64,000 nt of DNA from Zhongshania sp. (GCF_029212375.1 NZ_JARGNU010000005.1:161532-225531), one strand, 5' to 3'; shown: positions 54,466-62,347, counted from the first letter of the stretch. Program-made: numbers and translations. Notes: generated from the sequence alone by a model not told the origin.

Positions 54466-54607
54466 ATGTACATCGCTTGTAGCCCAGAAGACATGGCTAT
54501 TTAAGGACGGGGGGTGAAAATATATGTACAAGGAGGAATTGGCGGTTTTTATGTACAAAATTAGAAAATAATGTACATATTCAAATTCAAAAAATAATTA
54601 ATGTACA
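54466..54607 (+). repeat. Five direct copies of ATGTACA (two extended to palindromic ATGTACAT) in an AT-rich 142-bp tract at the island junction
   Basis: Copies start at 54466, 54524, 54551, 54571 and 54601, each preceded by T/A-rich bases (tt/at/tt/ta/ta). The tract lies between the truncated srkA and the stop of the island srkA-like gene. Confidence 0.8.
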
Positions 54608-54622
54608 CATGCGACCGGTGAG

Positions 54623-55615
54623 CTAAGAATTGCCATTCTGTCTGGATAACGGCTCTTCCTGGAGGATGCTGAATTGCTCTCTTAACTCAATAATGTGCTC
54701 CGCCCAATACCTCTCAGTATTGAACCATGGAAAGGCTGAAGGGAAAGCTGGATCGTTCCATCTTCTTGCTATCCAAGCTGCGTAATGCATCATCCTTAGT
54801 GTTCGCAGTGGTTCAACCAATATCAGTTCATCATCATTGAACTCGTGGAACATCTCATAGCCTTCTAGCAAGGCCTCCAGCTGATCTGTTTGATCCTGCC
54901 TGTCTCCGCTGAGCAGCATCCACAAATCCTGCACTGCGGGCCCCATTCGGCAATCATCAAAGTCCACGAAAACTGCACGCTCATCACGCCAAAGGATATT
55001 GCCTGGGTGGCAATCAGCATGAAGGCGAATTGCTGTGTATGGACATTGTTTAAAAAGTGCTTCTATTTGGATCAGAAGGTCTTTGCTTAGGGTTTCATAA
55101 GCCTCTCGGAGGCTATCCGGGATATAACCGCTAGATAGTAAATAATCGCGACTGTCGATACCATAAGACTGTATGTCGATAGTCGGACGGTATTTGAACG
55201 ATGATAGGGCACCTATTGCATGGAGTCGTCCTAAAGAGCGTCCTAGCAGCGCTATAGTGTCAAACTTATCCAGCTCTGGTGCGTGCCCTCCAAAGCGTGG
55301 AAATAGTGCAAAAGTAAAACCGTCAATCTGGTGCGTGGTTGTGCCTTCAGGCGAAACTAAAGGAGCAACGATTGGCCACTCGGCTGCTTCTAACTCACGA
55401 CTAAAAGAATGCTCCTCTGCAATCTGTTCGTGTGTCCAGCGCTCGGGACGATAGAATTTGGAGATTATAGGCTGGGTGTCCTCTATACCTATCTGAAATA
55501 CTCTGTTCTCATATGAGTTAAGGACTGTTAGACGGCCATCGCAGAGGTAGCCTTCGGCCTCAATAGCATCAAGGATGACGTCAGGTGTTAGCTTGCTGTA
55601 GGGATGTTGTTGCAT
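54623..55615 (-). CDS. srkA: Full-length SrkA/RdoA (YihE)-family stress-response kinase, island-borne xenolog
   Basis: 330 aa. LNSYENRVFQIG, KFYRPERW, HADCHPGNILW, VDFDD and PAFPSAFPWFNTERYW. By eye it is roughly half identical to the adjacent truncated copy, with clearly different codon usage. Confidence 0.85.
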   Translation of the reverse strand: MQQHPYSKLTPDVILDAIEAEGYLCDGRLTVLNSYENRVFQIGIEDTQPIISKFYRPERWTHEQIAEEHSFSRELEAAEWPIVAPLVSPEGTTTHQIDGFTFALFPRFGGHAPELDKFDTIALLGRSLGRLHAIGALSSFKYRPTIDIQSYGIDSRDYLLSSGYIPDSLREAYETLSKDLLIQIEALFKQCPYTAIRLHADCHPGNILWRDERAVFVDFDDCRMGPAVQDLWMLLSGDRQDQTDQLEALLEGYEMFHEFNDDELILVEPLRTLRMMHYAAWIARRWNDPAFPSAFPWFNTERYWAEHIIELREQFSILQEEPLSRQNGNS

Positions 55616-55940
55616 TGCCGGTACGCCTAGAAAATTAGGCTTTTAGTATACAGGACGCGGATTTCCTGCGGGAGAATGATTCGGCACCTAGAGGGCTGGC
55701 ATGGACGCCGATGTTGGGTTTCAATATTCGGCCGTTTATGCTCCTAAGTTGGGTAGGGTTCTACCCCGTATCTATGATCGCAGCTAAAAGTAAGGAACAT
55801 ATTCGTGTCGTACACTCCGGGCTCTATGGATGACAACAGCATGTTGTTGGTAGACAATAAAGTTGTAAAAAAATAATATAATTTACTCTACTTTTGTTCG
55901 TGCTCTTCATATTTTCGATCAGCGGCTGCATGTAGGCACA

Positions 55941-57377
55941 TTAACCGCCTTTAGCTATTGAAGAAATAGCTCCACAATCATTCGGTTTATCGAAACTAGA
56001 GCTACTTTTTACATAGTCATTAACCAGCTTTCCGAGCTTAGCAACCAGCTCTTTATTTGTTGTCATAAAGCCCAGGGGCATAGTCACCGGTAAAGTTTCT
56101 GGTTGCGAGAAATGGTAAATCACAACACCCACTTCATCCTCAAGATGCAGAATTTCAATATTCCCATCCAAGAAACCTTCCGCAAGTCCTCTTGCATAAT
56201 CATGAAACTGCCCAAGTTCATGCTTCCACTGCCTAGCTACTCTGAAATCCTTATCATCCGATACGGGTACATACAATATGGGGTCATATAGCTTCTTCTC
56301 CTTCGTGCTAGACCTTCGAATGAAATCGCTTAAGCTAGAACTAAAGCGACTACTCTTTGCCCAGTATGGATCCGAAGGCGCAATCCAAATAAATCGGCTG
56401 CCGCTGGTATCAGCTTTGCTTTTTATACGTTCATTGATCACTGAAACTAAAGACTTCTGAAACTGATCCCAGTTGCTTTTCGAGTATATCGGGCCAAGGA
56501 AAGTCGTCCTGCCAGAAGCAGTATGCTCCTCCAAAGCTCGTATATCCTCTAAATAGTTCGGATTAATCAGATTTGTATTTGAATCAAACAGCTTCAGAGT
56601 CTCTTCATCGCTTAGCGAAAGCATGGACTTAAAGATACTCATGGTATTGTTGAGCGTCGATAACCTAGATAGCTCAATGGCCATTAGTTCATGAACACAC
56701 TCCGAGCTATTTAGCTCTTCATAGTCTTCACGTTCAACAGCCTTACCGTCGTTATCCATCTGAAACGTTGTAGTCAAACGTAGCGGCAGCTGCCGCAGTT
56801 TATTGACAGAGTTCACGGTGTAGATAGAGGGTTGCTCTTTTCCATCCTGAGTCTGTATGTGAGATAGGTAGCCCTTATCTAGAATCTGGTTGAACTGATG
56901 CTGGAAGTGTTTCTCTACCAGCTTTTCGCTTTGAGAGGCGTTGCCATTATCGATATTGAGAGATATACCATCTTTCCACTTGTCTTGGTCATTCTGGTTG
57001 CTGAAGCAACTAAACGTAGCTAGATCAAATGACAGGGTAGCCCCACTATCTTGTACGGTAGAAAGCTGAGGGATTTCACCAATTTCAGAGAAGTACCCAC
57101 TTGATTTTTCAGTCAAGGTCAGGCGTCCTTCCGGTGAAAGTGTCAGTTCACCACGCTGAACCAAGTCTGAAATTGCTTCGTCAGTCTCACGGCGGCTAAG
57201 GCCAAAATAGGTCGAAATTTGTACTTTGCTCATAGGTGCGACATGCATAATCCTCAGCACAAACTCTCTGATAAATGGCAGCCCTCTCTGAGAGACATAT
57301 GAAAACTGAATGTTAAACCTCTGCGCAGGCAGTAGGAAGTCAACCTCGTGATACGTTACAGTGTTATCAGACATCAT
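55941..57377 (-). CDS. Hypothetical protein, N-terminal winged-helix-like region plus unassigned C-terminal about 380 aa; partner of the NERD-kinase-helicase gene
   Basis: 478 aa. Its ATG overlaps the upstream stop (ATGA at 57374-57377). Residues 33-92 (LPFIREFVLRIMHVAPMSKVQISTYFGLSRRETDEAISDLVQRGELTLSPEGRLTLTEKS) look like a MarR/wHTH unit. There is no HxKxxxxD, Walker or other motif that I can name. Confidence 0.7.
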   Translation of the reverse strand: MMSDNTVTYHEVDFLLPAQRFNIQFSYVSQRGLPFIREFVLRIMHVAPMSKVQISTYFGLSRRETDEAISDLVQRGELTLSPEGRLTLTEKSSGYFSEIGEIPQLSTVQDSGATLSFDLATFSCFSNQNDQDKWKDGISLNIDNGNASQSEKLVEKHFQHQFNQILDKGYLSHIQTQDGKEQPSIYTVNSVNKLRQLPLRLTTTFQMDNDGKAVEREDYEELNSSECVHELMAIELSRLSTLNNTMSIFKSMLSLSDEETLKLFDSNTNLINPNYLEDIRALEEHTASGRTTFLGPIYSKSNWDQFQKSLVSVINERIKSKADTSGSRFIWIAPSDPYWAKSSRFSSSLSDFIRRSSTKEKKLYDPILYVPVSDDKDFRVARQWKHELGQFHDYARGLAEGFLDGNIEILHLEDEVGVVIYHFSQPETLPVTMPLGFMTTNKELVAKLGKLVNDYVKSSSSFDKPNDCGAISSIAKGG

Positions 57378-60300
57378 TTCTGCTTCCCATCCTGCGTAGC
57401 TGAGGTAAATGCGTACCCAGCTTCCTGACCACGCTCAGTCATATAGCTAACAACGGAGCCCAATGGCAGCTCCTTGTTGATCCCCTTCCAAATATCCGCG
57501 TTACCAACAATCAACAAACGATCCATTGCACGGGACATCGCAACGTTGATCCGATTTGGTGCGCGCAGGAATCCTGGGCTATGCCGCTTATCAGAACGCG
57601 TTAAGGACAAAATGATGATCCTATTTTCTTTACCTTGATAGCTGTCTACCGTGTCAATTTTGACGATATCCTTGAAGCCATCACTCCAGATTTCCTGATT
57701 GAATTTCTGGCGAAGCAACCGCTTTTGCTCGGCGTACATACAGATCACACCGATTGCAGCTTCATCTTTGCTAGTGAGCTTTGAAAGCTCCACAACAAAA
57801 TCAGCATTCTCAGACACCTGTTTGAGCACAGATATAATCTGATCAGCTTCGCTGCGGTTGTAAATACTTGTCCCACGATCTTCCAAGTGATGCGCCCGCT
57901 GGCCCAAGTTAGAGGTATCTATCCAAGTCACCATACTACGCAAAGCTTGCGGTGCATGCTGATAGACGTCCGGAATTACTCGATCGCCATTACGAAGCTT
58001 GCCTTCATAGAAGGTCTTCGATACCAAATCACCAATAGGCGGAGCCATTCGATACTGAGTCAGCAGTGCAGCGCTAGCTTGATCACCATAGGTAGAGTTA
58101 AATGCGCGAGCAAAGTCACTTCGTAATACTTCGTCGATCTCAGTGCGCAAACTGTGGATTCCCAACTTCCTAGCCAACGCAGCCTTGTGCGCATCGGAGT
58201 ACAACGGAGGTAACTGCAGGTGGTCTCCCACTAGCAAAACACGTCTAGCAGATTGCATCGCGATGGCTAGTTCACTAGCAATTGACCGAGCAGCCTCATC
58301 GATAATCACCCAGTCGTAGATGTTTTCATGAATGCCAATGTGACCTTGACCGATACCTACACATGTTCCAGCCACCAACTGTCTGGAGCGCGCATAAAAC
58401 TCATCTAAGTTGACCCGCTCTCCAGATAAAGCATCCTGCATATCCCTCGATATTTTTGCTAGTGCTTTGACTCGACGTGCCTCATCAGGCCTAACACCGT
58501 ACTTCCTACATAACGTGGAAATCAGTATTTCTTTTGCGTCTGAGACCCTCGCTCCTGCTTCTAGGCTGATGCCATACTCTGTGCTTAGCTTGGAACGGAT
58601 TGAAAGATCCAGTTCTACTGATATATCTTTAAGCTCCTTTATGTCTTTCTCATCGCTTAAGTCATTGACTTGGTATAGCAATGTCTCAAGGTGATCAATT
58701 TGCTTGAACAGTTTAAGCTCTGCCAGCACAACACTGGAAATGAACTCAGGCTCCAAGCCAATGGCCTCACTCAAGGCTTCAACGCGATACTTACTCTCAG
58801 CATTGAAAAGTTCACGCTTCTCAGTTGTGATTGAGTTCGAATAGACATCTTTTAGACCTGGAGAAACAGCCCCTTCGCGATTACTAAACCTTACGACTTC
58901 CAGATCGGTATTGAGTCGGGCACAGTGCTTCCTGATCCGCTCAGCAGCTGTATTTACAGCCTCATGCGACTGGCTTACCAATAAGATGCGATTGGTGTTC
59001 TGCTTTTCAACCAAATAATGCACAAAGGCTGCAATAAACTCTGTTTTACCCGTCCCCGGAGGGCCCTGTAGCAGGGAAAGTGGCCCATTGTTGACCAACT
59101 TGGCGAAGGCCTCTCGCTGCTGTTCATTTAGGCTAATCTTGTTTCCGTGCTGGTCTTCACGATCATACCTGGCGAAGTCAGTGTCCCTTAACGATATGCC
59201 GTAGTTCGTTGCGGCTTTTTCGCAAGCTGGATCAAAGAGATCCATCAGGTCTGGCATCACACCTTCTCGATCCAGTAGTCGCTCCAAAGCTCGTTTACGT
59301 TTGCGATATGAAGCACGATCCTGTTTGGTACGGAAGAAGACGATATCAGAGTCGTTCAACTTGTATGCTGCCGCTCGTGTTTTGATCAGTCGAACTTCCT
59401 TGAGCGCTGATTTCTTAAGTGACACCTCACCAATGAACCTCTCTACACCCTCCTTATCAACCAATAATGCTTCGACTTCATCACTACTGCTGAATCCACC
59501 TAGAGGATCTACATCTGCAGAGTAAGGTATCAGAAGCTCTCCACGGACGTCTGCTACAGGAACAATTTCACCACTAACTTCAATATTGGGATACGACTCA
59601 GTCTCTGTATCTAGGATTGCCCTCCATAGCTTCGCTGTCGGTATTTCGAGGGTCTTTGCTGACGCTGGCGCAACAGCCTGTTCATCTAGCCTTGAGAAGG
59701 CTTCCTTCAGCTGAAGAGTTAGCGTGTCTACTTCAAGCTCTGTTTTTTCTTCAGGTGCTGTCGCCAACTCAATCGCACGAGCAAAAGACTCATCTTCATT
59801 AAGCAGCGCAGTCAAAGTAGACATGTCTTGCGGGCGACCAGGAATAACCCGTATACCAGTGCCAATCTCAAACTGGCTATCGTCAATATCCTGCTTGCGA
59901 ATAGATGTCCGTGGCCATGGTTTAAACCCAACAAGCAGAGCTTTCTGCTGTTTGCAAAACATTGCAGAAAAACTGCCACCAATCCCAATAAAGGTTACTT
60001 TGACCTCAGTTGGCTCTCTATGGTTAGGCTCTATTTTGACATACATATGCCCGTTATCGGGTAGGATGGTGATAGCTTCATCGGCGTCGCCTGCTGTAAT
60101 CTCAATCAGGCTTTGCGTCGACGATGCTTCATCGCTATCTATCGCCTTTTTAAAGCGACCTAAATCCTTAAACCCAAACTGAGAATCTTCTAACTCAGCG
60201 CGAATTGCATCTGCCAAGGCGGGGTAAGTCTCAGACTCATGCCCCCAAGACAAACCAAGCAACTCGCAGGACATCTTCATCACTGCAAAGTTGTCACGTT

Positions 60301-62347
60301 CAAAAGAAGTACACCCATCGATGTATTCAGGACTATAACTGTGGTTTTTGGGCTCTTCTCCTGACGGTGAAAAATCTGGGATATCGATTAAGTAGAGAGA
60401 GCAACTTTCAGTCTCCAGCATCACGTTGCCAGGATGAATATCGCCATGAGCAATGCCAAGGCCATGCAAATGCTCTACAGCAGCAACGAACTTACCAATT
60501 AGCTCTGTTTTCTCATCGTCCGCAATCAGCGCCTTGTCCCAGGTAGCACCTTGGACTTTATCTGTAACCATGTACAGACTCGATGACTTAGAGGCAATAC
60601 CAAACTCTCGTATTTCTGGTAGGTAAGTCGGTTTAACTAACGAAAGTTTATCTAGCTGTTTCAGAAAAGTAAGAACCCGGAAGTTTGCTGCCGAGTCATC
60701 TCCTTGTCCGCCTGCATTCAGCCAGGCTTTTACGAGTCTTCCGCCTGATACATAGACTTCTTTCTCAGCTGTCTCTACCAGAAAGTCATCATCTTCTCGA
60801 TACTGACGCGAGTGGTTGATAGCATGCCGGTAGGGATCAAGATCAGCGTCATCAAATGTTGGAATAGGCTCGCCTGCAGGTTCAGCTTGCTTCAATACAT
60901 CAAAAAATTCCGTAGCAGAAGCGAACCTTGCAGCAACAGCAGCCAATAAGACTTCTGAAAACCATTGATCACTATTGAGCATGTCATCCTGAACTGTTTC
61001 AAGGCTCTTAGGAGACATACGCGTGCCGCTAAGCAAATGCCAGGCAACAAGACCTAAGGCATGAATATCCTGCTGAAAAGGTGTCAAGTCGCCCCCATCT
61101 AACATGCCTTGAGCTTCAATCGGACCCACTGACAAGCTCTTGCGATAATCTCCAACCGTACCAGCAGGTTGGTGGTATGCTGAGATAAAGTTTGATAACG
61201 CGACCTCTTTTGATGGTGAGATCCAGAGACTGTGATCAGCAATATCCCTGTGAGCAATTTTCATCTCGTGCAAGTCGCCAAACTTAGCAATTAACAACTT
61301 AGCGACATTCAAGCGGTCTAGTTCTGAGAAAGCCTTGCCATACTTTCCTATAAATTCGTTAAACCGAACATGACCAGGTGGTAGCTCGTATACCTCACTG
61401 TATTCTGCTGTTACTTCGTCTTTTTGGAAACTCGTCAGAGATCTCAGGCAGTGGTTGTATAGATCCCGGTTTTGGTGGTTGATGTGCTGTAACACCTCAC
61501 GCTCTCGGGAAACAATTTCTGCTCTTCCTTCAGGAGTGTATGCCTTGCTACCCTCAACATTCTTAAACTTCCATACGCGAAGCAAGGCTTCTGCGTTACT
61601 CGATATTTCCGACTTAGCAATGTATTCCTTATATACCTTTTTCGGATGTTCGAAGATGATATCTATGGCTTCATAGCCATCTACCCGATGAGCTTTAGGG
61701 GCTGTTTGCGGCCCAATAAACAATTCATCAAACAAAGGAAAGTCTTGGTTTAAAACCTGCGCATTAGGGTGCGGCTTAAAGCGTGAGTTAAATAACTTTC
61801 GGTCTGCAAACTTAAGAAATTCTTCAAGCGATATAGTGTGAAGTAACTGATCTTCCCGCAGCTTGCTAAAATCAGCGTTCCCCGTCATAACTACGAAGAA
61901 ATGGACATGAGGTACAAATCCCTTGTTGGTAAAACGATGAGCAACTCTTAATAGTTTATTATCCAGAGTTTGTTTCTTTACTCTGGTAACGCTCACAGGC
62001 GAGCGTTTCATATTTTTGTTACCTTTGTACCAATTATCGCCTCTCGCCGTTACTGGTTGATGGTTCCAATCCTTCAGTTCGACAATGATCACAATGCAGT
62101 GAGTCACGATGATTAGGTCAAACTCCCCATCGTGATTCTTCGAGTCAACAAATCGAAAGCCTGCATAGCCTTTCCATGGGAACATACCTTTGTTGTTGCC
62201 ATAACTGCTTTGCAGCTGGTCGCGCAGAGTTCCTCCACGAACAGGAGCCTTAGGTGCATTAGTAGAACCCGAAAAGGCAGCCTTTATTTTCTCGATGGCT
62301 GCGACTTCCTGCTCTTGTAAGCCACCATCCCAAATTTCTACTTCCAT
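57374..62347 (-). CDS. 1657-aa multidomain protein: NERD nuclease-like domain, degenerate kinase-like module, intact APH/ePK-like kinase module, unassigned linker, Upf1/DNA2-like SF1B helicase
   Basis: NERD core FDLIIVTHCIVIIVELKDW (D77, E90, K92). Kinase-like module 1 has IAHRDIADHS but SNF in place of DFG. Kinase-like module 2 has IAHGDIHPGNVML...LIDIPDF. Helicase motifs: I GPPGTGKT (aa 1095-1102), II VIIDEAAR, III LVGDHLQLPP, IV QYRMAPPIG, V DSYQGKENRIIILS, VI RINVAMSRA. GGAAGGAAG RBS before the ATG. Confidence 0.9.
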   Translation of the reverse strand: MEVEIWDGGLQEQEVAAIEKIKAAFSGSTNAPKAPVRGGTLRDQLQSSYGNNKGMFPWKGYAGFRFVDSKNHDGEFDLIIVTHCIVIIVELKDWNHQPVTARGDNWYKGNKNMKRSPVSVTRVKKQTLDNKLLRVAHRFTNKGFVPHVHFFVVMTGNADFSKLREDQLLHTISLEEFLKFADRKLFNSRFKPHPNAQVLNQDFPLFDELFIGPQTAPKAHRVDGYEAIDIIFEHPKKVYKEYIAKSEISSNAEALLRVWKFKNVEGSKAYTPEGRAEIVSREREVLQHINHQNRDLYNHCLRSLTSFQKDEVTAEYSEVYELPPGHVRFNEFIGKYGKAFSELDRLNVAKLLIAKFGDLHEMKIAHRDIADHSLWISPSKEVALSNFISAYHQPAGTVGDYRKSLSVGPIEAQGMLDGGDLTPFQQDIHALGLVAWHLLSGTRMSPKSLETVQDDMLNSDQWFSEVLLAAVAARFASATEFFDVLKQAEPAGEPIPTFDDADLDPYRHAINHSRQYREDDDFLVETAEKEVYVSGGRLVKAWLNAGGQGDDSAANFRVLTFLKQLDKLSLVKPTYLPEIREFGIASKSSSLYMVTDKVQGATWDKALIADDEKTELIGKFVAAVEHLHGLGIAHGDIHPGNVMLETESCSLYLIDIPDFSPSGEEPKNHSYSPEYIDGCTSFERDNFAVMKMSCELLGLSWGHESETYPALADAIRAELEDSQFGFKDLGRFKKAIDSDEASSTQSLIEITAGDADEAITILPDNGHMYVKIEPNHREPTEVKVTFIGIGGSFSAMFCKQQKALLVGFKPWPRTSIRKQDIDDSQFEIGTGIRVIPGRPQDMSTLTALLNEDESFARAIELATAPEEKTELEVDTLTLQLKEAFSRLDEQAVAPASAKTLEIPTAKLWRAILDTETESYPNIEVSGEIVPVADVRGELLIPYSADVDPLGGFSSSDEVEALLVDKEGVERFIGEVSLKKSALKEVRLIKTRAAAYKLNDSDIVFFRTKQDRASYRKRKRALERLLDREGVMPDLMDLFDPACEKAATNYGISLRDTDFARYDREDQHGNKISLNEQQREAFAKLVNNGPLSLLQGPPGTGKTEFIAAFVHYLVEKQNTNRILLVSQSHEAVNTAAERIRKHCARLNTDLEVVRFSNREGAVSPGLKDVYSNSITTEKRELFNAESKYRVEALSEAIGLEPEFISSVVLAELKLFKQIDHLETLLYQVNDLSDEKDIKELKDISVELDLSIRSKLSTEYGISLEAGARVSDAKEILISTLCRKYGVRPDEARRVKALAKISRDMQDALSGERVNLDEFYARSRQLVAGTCVGIGQGHIGIHENIYDWVIIDEAARSIASELAIAMQSARRVLLVGDHLQLPPLYSDAHKAALARKLGIHSLRTEIDEVLRSDFARAFNSTYGDQASAALLTQYRMAPPIGDLVSKTFYEGKLRNGDRVIPDVYQHAPQALRSMVTWIDTSNLGQRAHHLEDRGTSIYNRSEADQIISVLKQVSENADFVVELSKLTSKDEAAIGVICMYAEQKRLLRQKFNQEIWSDGFKDIVKIDTVDSYQGKENRIIILSLTRSDKRHSPGFLRAPNRINVAMSRAMDRLLIVGNADIWKGINKELPLGSVVSYMTERGQEAGYAFTSATQDGKQK

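Noticed and set aside
54466-54607. The ATGTACA repeat tract as a possible CRISPR array or minisatellite
   Set aside because: The repeats are only 7-8 bp with irregular spacing of 20-58 bp, far from CRISPR geometry. It is kept as a protein-binding-site candidate instead.
55616-55940. 325-bp gap searched for a tRNA, integrase fragment, small ORF or terminator
   Set aside because: There is no cloverleaf-like complementarity and no ORF over 60 aa. Only a 6-bp hairpin (ACAACA-gca-TGTTGT) is present, without a U-tract. Nothing is supportable.
55941-57377. Partner protein as a Mokosh MkoB-like PLD nuclease
   Set aside because: All eleven His residues were checked and none starts an HxK(x)4D motif, so the PLD assignment is not supported by the sequence.
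59724-60546. 152-aa and 113-aa plus-strand ORFs inside the giant gene
   Set aside because: They are antisense to an uninterrupted 1657-codon frame with many recognisable motifs. They are Ser/Leu-rich with no RBS.
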